Assembly (NCBI GenBank): GCA_003614675.1
Contig: ML002225.1
Coordinates: 1 to 64,000 of the forward strand
Direction of reading: 5' to 3'
Origin: Dimargaris cristalligena
Lineage: Eukaryota
Length of the DNA stretch: 64,000 nucleotides
Made by a program: the position numbers and the translations under genes. The notes beneath the pieces were generated by a model. The model did no database searches. It saw nothing but the letters and a program-made list of their open reading frames with translations, and was not told the origin of the DNA. This document shows positions 39,601-52,808 of this stretch, piece by piece. Each line of letters opens with the position of its first letter. Position 1 is the first letter of the stretch.

Positions 39601-42503
39601 CTCTGGTCAACCCCCCCCTGGTGGTTGCTTGGTGTATATTCCCATAGATTACTCGTAGGAAAAATTTGGTTCATGGGCCAATTGTTTCAAAATCTCGGGT
39701 GAATTTATGGGAAATGGAACTAAACAAAAATATTGTACTCCAGGTTGTATTTCCTATTGAAAAAAAAAGGCAAATGCTATAATGGGCACCCCGGGCAGTG
39801 GGTATTATTAAGACCTCGTACTCGATCAAGGTTATTAGTTCACCGCCCAAGTTAGTGGCGAGTTTGTTAATGGAAATTATTGTTGTCGGCCGAAAATCAG
39901 GTGGTTAAAGAAAATACCCAAGAGAACTTGAAACATTCGATAACCTTATTATATTTTAATTTTTCATGAATAATAATAAATCTATAGAATGGCTACGGTC
40001 TTAAAGGTTACCATCGGAAATTCGTAGTCATAGCATTTCCAGCTGCAATTCCCGCCGAAGTAAGCACCGTCAGGATTTGTCGGGAATGAGTGGCCAACAG
40101 ATAGTCGTCGGTATTTCGATATGGGTGAGATTGATGGCCATACCTATCCATGTGTCCCTTCGATCGTTCAGCTTCGACATCTTATTGTCAATCGCCTACT
40201 TACTCCTTAAGCTTATTGGTTCAATCTAAATGCCCCCTCCCCCTTCACCATAGCGAAGATGGCTTTATTTTGTCTGCAGGTTCATACTCGACCAATTACA
40301 AACTATGGGTAAAATATATGTATCTGGTTCTCATGGTATATCAATGCGCCTTACCCCAGTTTGCAGATTTTACATTATAAAAAAGCAACGTAGAAGAGAT
40401 GCTACTGGACCTTTTACAATCTCCTCAGTCCGACATGATACTAATATTTATAATATGTTTCATAATTGTTAGGTTGTTCCGCACTTGGGATGGAATTTTT
40501 ATGAATATATCTACAATATAAAAGTAAAGGGACTGAGCCACTCGGCCTATGGGAATAGGGTCAGCATTAAACAACCGCCCAAATGTGTCCCCTAGCCAGG
40601 TATGGAAGGTCCCAAATGGTAGTCAGCATATTAGAGTTATGAAAATGATTAAAAAGAGCACCGTGCCACCTTGAATTGCCCGACATTTCATTGTGTAAAT
40701 TTGAATATTCCGGGAGATGAGAATTCGATGCAACAAGGTGGACAAGAGTCGTGGACAGGCCTCTTCATTATTACATCTCTCTACGGAATTGGTTTAGGCC
40801 AGCGCAAACCCGGTCCGGAAGAGCTTGCGTTTGCTGCTTTGGGACAGCGAGATAAATAAGGTGGTCGGTTCACATGACCTTCAATGCAACCACCATTTCC
40901 GTTGAAAGGGTATTGGATAAAAATACCAATTGAGGGAGAGGTGGGGGGTATGTTTGGGCTACCCATTCGAGCGATGACATTTCAGGGCCACCTGACCGTT
41001 TTCACCTGGTCTTTATTCACAGGAATGCCAGTTTCCTAATAGTGGGTATTTTGCCTGGGTTCTCTATCCACTGACCTAACGGGCCAATGTAATAGGGAAT
41101 ACCGAACTGACCCATTCTATTCAGATCATTACACGATCCCACGAATTGAGAACACCTTTAACCCTTGCAATCACATTGTCCACGCCCAGTCCAAGCAATG
41201 GGAGAAAAGCATGCCCAATGACTAGCCGTGTCAAAGAGCCACTTTTCCGACCAGGCCCTGGGAGAAGAGTGGGCGAGGGGGTAGAAATGGGAGGTGAATA
41301 GTTAGAAGGAGTTTAGGTACATTAACATCTTTGGCACACTGAGGTCCCTGTATTACCCCTTCATTCCCTCAACCCATGGAGTGGCACCCATACTCGACCC
41401 CTTCAACTGTCAAACAAAAAGAAACTTGGGCAATCCTATCCACCGTTAGTACCGCGAGTGTGACGCTGACCAGGTAATTGCTAGGATAATCCTGGTCGCC
41501 CTAACACTAGTCTTTTTACAGCCCCACGAAATATTCCCACTCGCACCCGGATGGAGTCCTTTCCGCAAGCGGTCCGGCATTGTCTATGGTACAACCCATA
41601 TATTTGCCGGGTGGTTAGAGCACTGTATCCGCTGCACGTGTTGGACGAAGGGTGCTTGGATTCGAATCGATTCTACTCCGCCGTCAATTTTTCGGCATAT
41701 TGAGTGCACATACAAAATAGTGGAGTTGACAATGTCTTCTAATCGTAAGCGGTATATCCGCTTATATTATTCTTATTATTATTGTTGCTATTGATGCAGT
41801 TGATATCGTCCGTTGCTGACACCAAAACATTTAGATCAGGCGGTAGGCCTGTGGACGGCAGGGCTACCAAACAAACCACTGGAGGGTACACAGGGCACAC
41901 TCGGTATTTTTTATTGCGAATATTTAGTTGCTTCCGAGACAATAGAAGAAAGAGAAAAAAATACCCCCTCTGATGGTGGACAATCGAGTTGGTGGGTTCT
42001 GGGATACCGGCCCAAATAGAGGATTGTTTACCAAAAATTCGTCACTGGGATAGTCAAGCGACATGGATGAGACACTGGCGAAAAGATAAGTTTCTTCATT
42101 TGGTTTACTAGAAACCCTGGAAATGGTGATACCTCTATGCCGTTAAGACATATACGCAAGTCCCTAGGTAGACCTTTGTTACCACATTCCCTGACGTTCT
42201 CAGACGTAAGGTGTTGGTATCAGTGATACCTGTCATTTTGGATGTACTTTGCACCCATTATCTATTCTCGGCCACCACCCCATCCCAGCGCATATTTAAT
42301 GGCATGACGTACCCGATAATGTGATAAGTTATTTCTTGAGAAAGAAGGCAATTTGAAATAGCTAGCCTAATACTTCCCACGTAATCGTGGGTAGTTTCTA
42401 TAAATGTGATTTCAAAGGTGGAAATCCGCTGACTTTAAACCTACCTTAATCTACAAATTCAATGGACCTCCCAATACCCTGTTCTGGGATGTATACTCGG
42501 TTA

Positions 42504-42647
42504 ATATGGCAGAAGTTCATCCAGGCTGTATAACGAATAATCCATTTGACAAGGTAAATATTACTGGTCAAAAATTATTCTCCCACATATTATCCCATAC
42601 ATATATTGTGTAAAATCTTATACAGTTGGGTTGAAGTTCACCCATAT
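42504..42647. mobile_element. 144-bp MITE, copy 2
   Basis: Colinear with 113-256, with the same TIRs and ATAT ends. Confidence 0.85.
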
Positions 42648-45600
42648 GAATCCCTCCGTTTAATTAGAGTACTTTTTTTGAATATTATAGACTATTCAAG
42701 CTGAATCGTACCACCGGGTTAAAATGGGGCCAATTGCATCACCCACGGCTATTGGCTAACACCCAACACCCATTCACACCCACACATATGCCGCCTTTCT
42801 AATACGCCCCCATCTCGTTCTATTTCCCATTGATGCGACACAAGGAACCTAGTCAAACCCCAATATGGTAGAGTGAATCATCCCTACATCCGTACCGCTT
42901 CTTTTACTAATACGTTCACTACCCCTGCCGTTTAACATGGGGATATAGATAGGTGGATAAGGCAATAGCGGTCACCCTTTAGTGGAACCATATGCCTTTA
43001 TATTGGCCAAGCCGAGTATACTGTAGTGTCCGGATGAATAAGTGGATTATTCTCCATATTGCACATATACTCAGCCGCTTATCAACCACGTTGGTATATT
43101 CTGTTTAACAGGGTCGCCTCATGAGTTAGCTGTGGGTAGGACACACCTCAACAGTGCGTTGACATGATGCTATTTTTGGGGATGGTAATAGATTGCCCCT
43201 ATGCTGGTGTTGTGGATGGGTTTTGTTATTGCTTTAAACTGAATGACCTGTTTCCCTTCAGGCCAGTCGAGTATGAAATCCCCGCTGAAACTCTTTTTAT
43301 TTTAGGTTTAGTTGTTCCTAATTCCAATTCGCGGGCTCTACTGAGTAATGGCTCGCGATGGCGTACTTCCATTGACTCGGCAACTATATGGCGCATCAGT
43401 AAAATGGGCGGGGTAGTCGTCCGTGACACTCGAACGATTTTCACTAGTCGTACATAATACACCCCTTGCATTGAACCCCCCCCCCTTCAATCCGCTTCCA
43501 ACGAGGTCCGGGTTTTGGTTTTAGAAAATTTTGGAGGTATGTGAGTTGAAGAGTGGGGCCACAGTGGGCACTCTATTGTCCGACTAGCGACTACTGCAGG
43601 GTGAAGAGTTACTGATGCTTCCCGACTCGGATTCAGAGGGACTCCTACAAAATGGGCCCTATACCGGGTGAATTCTAATTTGACATTACAGGAGTATATA
43701 CGACAGGTGAGCGAGACCGCCGCCCGGATACATACACCTGCATATGAGGGACCGTTTATTTCCCCCCTGACTCATTGCGCTGGCGGCATTTTGGACTGGC
43801 GTTTTGTCCACCTGACCTTTAGGTTCTTCCTCAATAATTGTTTAGTTTTCCCCCAAACCCCCGATTCACTCCACACCGTCGGCCCTGGGGACATACCACC
43901 AAGAATCGCACATTGCGCATAAGCCCTCCACTGTGATCTCGCTAGCCAGTACAATGCTAACCCGAATCCGTAAGACTTAGTTGCCCAATATTGACATTTG
44001 GTCAGCTGGGGTCCTATATGACTGTTGTACTGGATCTCTGACTGGGCTCTACCCTCCTTGATCTGTCACAAAAAGGAGTATTATTAATAGGGCGGAAAAT
44101 GCCGGTGATTGAGGGAGGCGAGGTGTCATTGATGCTAATTTAGTGCTTATTAGTATGCATCATGCACAGGTAATCGTCAGGAAATGTTACTTTTTTTCAT
44201 AATACGAGTCTGTGCCGAATAAACATTGGCCTTGTAACTGACAAGCGGTCCAACCCCCACCAATGTAGAGTATCGGACCGATGCACTTATTGTTCGGAAA
44301 TAATCGCAGGTGTACCGCTAGTACCACATCGACCGAATCTTATTTAACCATATTAGGGCGGAAGAGCGAACCTTGGGGGTGTACTAGAGTCGAGACAGAT
44401 CATGGACGGATGCGAGGGATTCCGTGGGTAGGCATATATGTGTGGGGTTGTGTGTAGGTATGCACATGGACTATATACCCCACTACAGCATTCTTTAGCA
44501 CGGACCCAACCTATAGTCCCGACCCGCCATCGAAAGCATTATGCATGAAAGCCCGCGGGGATTGTTTCAGGCTACGGTGAATACCTCGATTCCACCTGTG
44601 ATAAAACTGCACCGGACTATATACAACCTACAGTCAATGGCACTAACTGTCAGCATTCTGACCATAAACACTAGGCCCACAATAGTCGGGCCGTGTCCGA
44701 GCGGGGTCTGGGTTCATGGAATAGGCGGACAAACATTCCCTCTTAATTGACCAATTATTATATGTTCTTCACGCCGTCGACATACACTGGTGGTAAAAAC
44801 ATTTTAACCAAAAGAGATTTGGGCCCAATGGCCACCATTGCATGGCAAACAAATGCACATGTATCAACTAGCCATGGTCATGCTGGTATTTTTATGCCAA
44901 ACCCACCCGTTTCTCTCAGGTCTCTCGGAGGTTCGGGGATTGATAATACTAGTCGATGTAAACTATTACCCCAGCAGCTAGAGTACATGGGCAGGACCCG
45001 CTGGTGGCGCTACACCACGGCTACCAAGGCTATTTCCGCCCCCCCTCTCGTACAGGAGATTAAACCATGTCATAAAAGTATTCCGAGGAGTTGTTAACCG
45101 CAACTTCAGAGTACAATATTGTCTGAGATACTCAGATAAAATATTAGAGCAAACTGTTTACATACCAACTGAGGGCCATGCGGCTGGGGATGCTTCACTC
45201 TTTGTTAGGGAATACATATCCGGATCCCAGTTTAGAAAGATGGGGTGAGGGGTCATGTAAGGGTGGGGGGGATGGGGAAAGGGGGGTAGTGGTGTCGAAT
45301 GGAGAAGGGCCCCTTTGGGCACTGTTTTTCCATCATTAGGGGGACTCGTCCCAGTTTAGTTTGGAATTGAGGCTTTGTTTGGATTCACGATTCCCCCAAT
45401 TGAACAACGCGAGTAAACATCTAGCAAGCCACCCAGATACCTTGCATCAAGTGGGTTTTTATTTGCGAACTCTACCTGCTTGGCGATTCGTCTACAACGT
45501 AATGATCCGTTATGACCTCCGCGGGGTTGAAAATAGAATATATCACATTGTTTATTTATATCCTAGCGCACCATTATGTTGGTGTGGGAGTGGGTTTCAC

Positions 45601-47366
45601 GGCTACGGGACCTTATTGATGGTAGGTACCCGCTACGTTGTTGGGGCAACTGTTGTCTAAAGCAAAAATAATCCTCACTGGATTGGCCTTCACTAATGGA
45701 GGCGTACACTTCAGAGTCGGCATTTCATCAATAGTGACCTGTATTGCCCTATTGGAGTCACGGTAAAAGTACCGGCAATTCATTCGTAAACGAAACTATA
45801 CTTCCGGTGATTCACTAGCCGATTGATGGAAAAAAAGTATGACGATAGTACAACTTAGGGATCACACTAAGGGGCACCTACTCAGTCAGTTTGCCAATAG
45901 GTCATTCCATAGTGAACCCGAACGGTCCTCCGTGGGGAAGTCGGGTGTGATTTAGTGGCTACCCAGCATGACCAGTCGGCGAATCAGCTACTACGGTATA
46001 CCTTCTTAAGAATAACAAAGGAAGGCAAAGGCTGCAGCTTCCCATTAGCCGAATGAGACGAGGGAGGGGGGGGCATTCTGCATGCGTAACTATAGCCCTA
46101 TTTTTATCCGGTAGCGTAAGCATCTCGAAAAAATATGGCCGATAAATCCGCTAATATAGCCGGTAGGACCAATTTACATTACCATCAACCCATGGTTAAC
46201 TGATTTGCCATTAGCGAGTTCCTTTTCCGGCTTGGGCTGTGAATGTGGGCAGAATCATTGAAGGGGGAAGTTGTAATCATTGGGTGCCATATATATGAAC
46301 AGGCCAAAAACGCCAAGTTCCTTCAGAATTCACGTTCCATATTAATCTGCTTTCTTAGCCAGCGGTAAATATCACCCCACACCCCCCTTCCTCCGAAGTA
46401 TCCGCGTGGATACGTCCACAATCGCTAATCGTTTTGGAGGCGTATATCCACGAGTAATTCAACAACGTAGGGATCGGCCAATCCGACCGTCGATGGCCGA
46501 GAAGCATGGTTGCTACTAGTAACTTTTGTTTCGCCCTTCAACGCGCGATTTACTACAGAATTGAGGGTCCTGACAGCAAGCTACGGTAGGATATGCAAAT
46601 CGACTATGGAAGGAGAGTGATCCACCTGTGTTAAAGACCGCATGGCGAGTGAGCGGCCAAAAGAAAGGAACTGTGGTTTTCGTATTGAGCGCCACGATAT
46701 TCCCTGTTTTTCCACGCTGAGGATAATCTCGGTAAATTCGAAAATGTTAAATAAAATACCCCCAGTACCAACTGCAATACAATGTTCGAAAGAAAATCCA
46801 TTGAATGGCATCGTAAACTATGAAATAGACACAGAAAATAGGACGATAAGAAGGGATGGAACGGTTGGCATTTAGGACTGGGATTAAATAAATGACAAGA
46901 ATATATTTAATGCAGTAAATTTCGGTAATGTAAGACTAAGTAATCAAACCAAGCTGGGGAAGTGCTAAAATATTATTTATACCACTAAATTTTGGGGGGT
47001 ATCCGCTAAATAGGCTGCGTTATCTAAATTATGGAGCAATTGAAACAATAGTTTCAGAAGAATAGATCACTATAAAACCGGCATAACTACTACAAACCAA
47101 CATTTAGTCGTAATATTATTTGTCGTTGCTATAAAATAGCATTCCAGACTAATGCTAGGGATTCACATTCGAGCGAATTGATTTATTGGAATAGCTCCAA
47201 CTATCAGTGAATAAAAAAGATATGGCCATTTATGGAGGCCAGAAACAAGTATAATTGTATATCAATATAACCCACTCCATTGCACTACAAGTAGGGAGGA
47301 ACACGGGTAAAGGACGTATGTAGGCTGTCGGTCGATAACAAGTATGATGCCCTGCCATCCATCCAT

Positions 47367-48653
47367 TTAGAGTTTTCGGGCCACCACATTGAGGTGCGCA
47401 TAGTTCATGTGGAATTTACCATTCCGGCACGTAGCCGACTGCATACTTCTTTCCAATCGGTCGAACACGTCCCTACGCTTCTCGTCGTCAGCCCAGTCCC
47501 CTAAAAGAGGACCAGCGAACAACTCGATATACTGGCGTAGGGTAATGGGCAAATTCAGCACGGTGGGCTCCGTTTCGATGGAATCCACTTGGAAGCCATA
47601 TTGTTCCAAGAGACCGCGGTACTCATCCTCCGTTGGAAAATAGAGGGGAACCGGGAGCTTGGTCAGTCCGTAAGTATCCAGGATAGCCATCAGGGGGGCA
47701 CATATAGCTATGGAGATTTCCATCGTTTGGTCGATGCATTATTAAAGAATATCAACAATGATTGTGGATAGTTCGTAAATATATTTTTTCGTGTGGATTG
47801 ACGGGTCGGAAATTTAAGTGGCACAATATTAGGGGACCAAACCCCCTATACAGAGTGAATTACCTTGCAAGTACTGCATATGGTTGTAAAGTCACACATT
47901 TGGAGATTCTCTACTGAAAGCAAATATTAAAAGTTGTATTAAATAGCTTACATGACATTGTTTGGTGCCCACCGAGCTTCGCCACCAATATACCACCCGG
48001 CTTTAGGCAGCGATGCATTCCCTGGACCACTTTCTCGGGGCCGTCCGCCATCCAGTGCAGAGCCTTTAGTCTCAATATATAATGGCAGTACGTCCAATCG
48101 ACAATTGAACGAGGCCAGGCCAAGGGTTTAAGTTCAGTGGTTAAAATATGCAGAATATAAATTAAAGATTTGATAAGTAATTAATAGCCTATGCCTGGAA
48201 ACTAGGGTCATTGATTGAATTAGCTCACTATTATATTGGCCGCCTGCCCAAGACCGTAGGTCTAATCTCGGACCTAGGTTCCCTCAAGTAGAAAAAGAGA
48301 AGTGGTTTTGAGCAATACTTACCGTAATTAGAGAACACGGCGTCGAATTCGTTGGCCTCGATTCCGGCCCCCTTCAAATCATTACCATTGGCCACTCGAG
48401 TATCCACGACCCCCCGTTGTCTGGCCTCCGCAAGCATCGTCGGACTCAAATCCACCCCCACCACGTGGGCGTACCGGTCCTGTAGAACCAGAGTCGCGAT
48501 TCCGTCACCACACCCCAAGTCCAATACTCGGGCGTCCGGGGTTAACCGGTCCCGGAGAAGAGCGAATAATTCGTTGGCCTACATTAGAGTGACTTCGCCC
48601 ACATCTGCATAGATCTGGGCACTCCAGTGGTCAGGCTAGGAGTGGTCGACCAT
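47367..48653 (-). pseudogene. Class I SAM-dependent methyltransferase (trans-aconitate methyltransferase-like), apparently disrupted
   Basis: Exons 48653-48323, 48063-47952, 47707-47367 give VLDLGCGDG, VVGVDLSPTML, FDAVFSN, ALHWM, CLKPGG and LYFPT. There are in-frame TAGs at codons 6 and 25, and a 1-nt phase conflict across intron 1. Confidence 0.75.
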
Positions 48654-49994
48654 GCCGCTTCGTAAACAAAGGTGTTTGCCAGAATAGGTAATAAGGCGTA
48701 GTATTCGATACTAAAATAGTAGAATTACCCGGGGAAGTATGGTCAAATATCAGTAGATCAGGCAGTAATCAAGTAACCATAGTGGATTCGGGGGCAACCG
48801 GTCTCGTTTTATAGTCGACCAGAATCCCCTCGCTCAGCAGCATCTGCGGACATGACTAGAACAGCGGCGCCCCCCGCTCAAGAACAGTTCAATAGGCTCC
48901 GGTTGGGGGCCATAGCCTACGACACACCTCGTGTCCAACTGACCAATGGAGGCTTGCAGAAACTTGTGTCATTTAACCACTTTCCCATAAATAAACGGCT
49001 GCATTAATACAATGGTTTCGTCAAACTCCTGCCTGAAATACCTGCTATCTCTAGCAGGCTAAAATAGGCATGATGTAGCCACCATCCTCTGGTAGTACGT
49101 AAAATTTGTACTTAATATCGCCAGACCATACAGGTCAGTGTCAAGAATGCTGCTTAGAGGCGTGGGGTTGGTCAAGCTATGCGGAGTCTGAAGGGGGAGG
49201 GGGGAGCTTTACACTCGTCTGGATCTCCAAAACGATGATTGGTGAACTCCAAACACCGGCCTAGTTACTGCGTATCGACATATTAGCACCCCGATGCCCC
49301 CACATGTCATCTTTAACCGGGCCATTACTACCAAAGTATATTCCTGTCCATTTCCAACTGATCACTTGTCGAGCCCGAAATAGACCACCAGGCGATGGCA
49401 GAGTTATGGAATTAGGAGAGTCTAGATGGGAAGGGCATTAGAGCACGACGGCGTCAAGCGTCCGTCACAGAGGTCCTACCATCAAGGACTACAGCTCGGG
49501 AACAGTTTATTCGAGGCCAAGGTTATACATGGAAAAGGTAATGGCTATGGGATTTAGTATTATTTATTGATAGAGATGGGGTCAGATTGCTCCATTTTCC
49601 GATAGGGACTGACGAGGATAGGGCTTAATATTAAGAGAAGACGGACATTGCGACACAAGGGGAAATACTGGTAAAGGCACCTTGGAAATCAAGTAAAGCG
49701 TTGGTCAAAAGATTGCCATTCAAATATTTTCGAATAGTCGATTAATCAAGTGAGCATCGGTACCACAATCCCACCAGGTGGCATACTGGTATAACCAAAA
49801 AACCTACGCGGCTAATGCAGCGTAAGAACTTGGGTGTGGTGCTATATTTAGGGCTGGCGTATGTAACAGATAATACATTTCGCTGACATACTTGATGGTG
49901 GGCAGTAATTACACTCAGCTCAGTTTATAGTATATTTTAAAGGTGGACAATGCTTCTTGTAGTGCTATTACAGGTCTTGTGGTGCCAAACGAGT

Positions 49995-52082
49995 TCAATC
50001 GTGGTCGCTAAACATATCTGATGCCAAGGAGGAGAGAGTGCTGGCGTCACTATCCGAATCGAATATATCGGCCTCCCGTGGCACAATATTATCATTCAAG
50101 TCGGGTGCATTTACATCAATCAGCGGTCCGCCGGGGGAGTCACCGGTAGGCTCAATTGGATGATTACTGGCTGTTTGGGCAAGGTTGGTGGCTGCAGCAG
50201 ATTCATCCCGTGTATCTAGATCGGTGGCCTCCACGAGTTCCGAATTGGCCTCTATTATTAAGGACTCGTGCGGCGGGATAGTATCCTTAGGAGACGAAAG
50301 ACCAGCTGGCGATAGGCAACTAAATTTGGAGGCAACACCGGTGGCCTTGGGTTCCACCCGTGATTTTTCTTCTAGCGAGTCCGTCTGTTTAGAAGCCTAT
50401 GGGTTAAATATCAGTAAATAATAATTATCAGAGCGAAAGCGTGGTAATTAAAATTGGAGGCCTTTTACTCCTTGATTATGTTTTTGTTGATTCGGCAAAT
50501 AGAGCCGTCCGCTTCACACGATGATGCCTTCAGAACTCCAGGACAGGATACCGAGTTTATGAAGCACTGGGGATTGGGTTATGACAGTTCGAATATATAA
50601 CAGGATAGTGGTGGAACTTACGCTGATCCCCCGCAGCCGCGATATTTTAAATAGTCGACCGACTGGGACCGTGCATAGATCACCGCCGAGGAACTTAACT
50701 CGAACAAATTTCTGAATGGCATTGTAAAATAATTGCAAAAAAATAAAAATAAAAATAGAATCCATTACCGGTAATTAGTTGGGGCTGGAACACCATAATC
50801 CAACAGACACAGAATCATTGATAATATGTTACCATCACAAATCAAGGGTACTTACATTCGAAACCTTGGCGACTTTGGCGCGGAATAACTCCGAGGTAAA
50901 CTTGGTCTCGCCCGGAACACGTTGAACTGAAAAGACGATATCACGGACCGCGAATGGTTCCCGTATAGTCAAGCCCACGGCTCGCTGGGAATGAATCCGC
51001 CACGTTTCCCTAGCATTCAAGCGTTCCCCGGGAGAAAAATTGGTAGCGACATGATCCCCTTCCGGCATGGGGGCCTCCAAATTCCGGACTCTAAACCGAG
51101 GCTCCTCTTCCTCCTGGGCTATCACGATAACCAGAAGACAGCAATCGGTCTTGAGATCCGGGGGAGAAGCGGTGGTTGACAGGGTGGGTGGTATAAAGGC
51201 GGCGACCACCTGGCCCACTCGAATGGGAGGGGTTTGATCCGACCGCTCCAGGGGGGTAACCTGAAGCAATGACTGAAGGATTTGGGATGGGTCGCGAAGC
51301 TCGGATTTGTTTAGCCGTGCGGATTCGGGGGTTGGGGCCATCTCATTTGGCGTTGACAGAGCACTTGGTGGGTTGGCCTTGGGATCGGGCTCATCCTTGT
51401 GGGTATTTAAATATTCGATGGAGCGCTCGATGTGGGTATCCAGGGTGTCCTGGTAGGCCTGAGAATTGAGTATGTTGTCGCTTAATTCGTTTATGATCCG
51501 CTGGGTTGTCTTCTGGCTATATATATATATATTTATTTTGATAACAGACTGGCCTTATTAGAATCTGATGTTTAAATCCAGTAGCATTAAAGCGGGATTG
51601 GGCCGAAAAAAGCGTTCTACGTGAATGGGCTTCGGGGAGCTCAAGGATCAATGATGACTACTATATTGCGAGTTTCTGATTGACCTACCTGGCCAGTCGC
51701 TCACGTACACGACTCGGGAAGTATTGTTTGTTTTTAAGCTGATGCTGTGAGCACTGGCCGGCCAGATCCTTCATGGTGGAAGCAATTTCCTGTTTGTACT
51801 CTTGACACAGTTCCTGAGATATAAAAACGGGACAATATCGAATAAACGGTTAGTCCCAGAGCCATTGGCAGGTCAGTACGGGTTGTTCAAGGAAATGGAC
51901 CTTTGAAGCGAAGGAACCTTAGTAACCAACAAGGGAAGAAGGCTGACATGGTGCCCATGGAGTGGGGGAGTTTAGACTTAAGTGCGGCTTACGTCGTTCA
52001 GGAACTCGGCGAGCAACCGCTCACGGAGCTCGTCGAATGCGCCGGATTGCTTAAGACGTTGGACGATTTCTTCGGGGGTCAT
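49995..52082 (-). CDS. BOD1/Shg1-like N-terminal domain fused to an Sgf29-like tandem Tudor domain, ~455 aa
   Basis: Five in-frame exons: 52082-51993, 51813-51689, 51516-50856, 50711-50622, 50396-49995. N-terminus IVQRLKQSGAFDELRERLLAEF. Central IRVGQVVAAF...LLVIVI...RFRVRNLE...FTSELFRAKV...VRVKF. Acidic disordered tail. Confidence 0.72.
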
Positions 52083-52808
52083 TCTGACGGAGGTTGGTTA
52101 AAACTACAATTCATAAGTACAGGAGGATGGGGGAATGTTAGGTAAGGAACGGAAAGGCTAAGGGGTGGCGCATGAATCACTTGCGTTGCCGCTAAATTCA
52201 GCATATAGTCTGAAGTAGGTGTTTTAATGGACTGGAATTTACTTCTGTCCTTCCTGGGCTGAATATGAAATGTGGACTGGTGGTGGCCGCTGCCTTGTTC
52301 CTGTGGTGTTGAAAATCGCTTCACTGGCCATATTAGTACATTAGAGCACAACCTAGCCGCACTTGGGTTTCCTACCTATATGGGAAGCCTAGCAGCTCAC
52401 CTGACTAGCTGCCCTATTAAGGACAGGGTCGCAGCGGCCTCTCCTTCTAAAATGGAAGACTAGATGGGGGTTGCTCTCCATTTTATCTCAAGTCGCCTGA
52501 CCCATCAGGCCCTTTTGGTTCGCTGGTTCCCCACGGAGTCCTGTAGTTGTAGTGGTGTATACGTAAAGGATGCCAACAAACTACTACTATATATGCGCAT
52601 TGATGCACCGCCGAGCTTGTTCGGGTATATTTTGCTAATAAACAGCTGAACTACCGAGTCTCTTCTTCCAGCTCTTCTTTTCTTCCGTTGCTCTCTACTC
52701 TATTGGTGCCAACTCACCCACCTCGCTTATCAGTTTCCGCCTTGCTCGGCTCACTCCTTCCCGAATCTTCCCCCACGCCCGTCCCTAGCAGTTGACCTCA
52801 CTCTCCCC

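Noticed and set aside
48579-48593. 15-nt GT...CTAAT..TAG micro-intron that would remove the second TAG
   Set aside because: All other introns here are longer than 100 nt, and it would not fix the first TAG or the phase conflict.
50456-50471. GCCTTTTAC, matching U5 snRNA loop I
   Set aside because: The flanking stem does not fit U5, there is no supporting structure, and it lies antisense within an intron.
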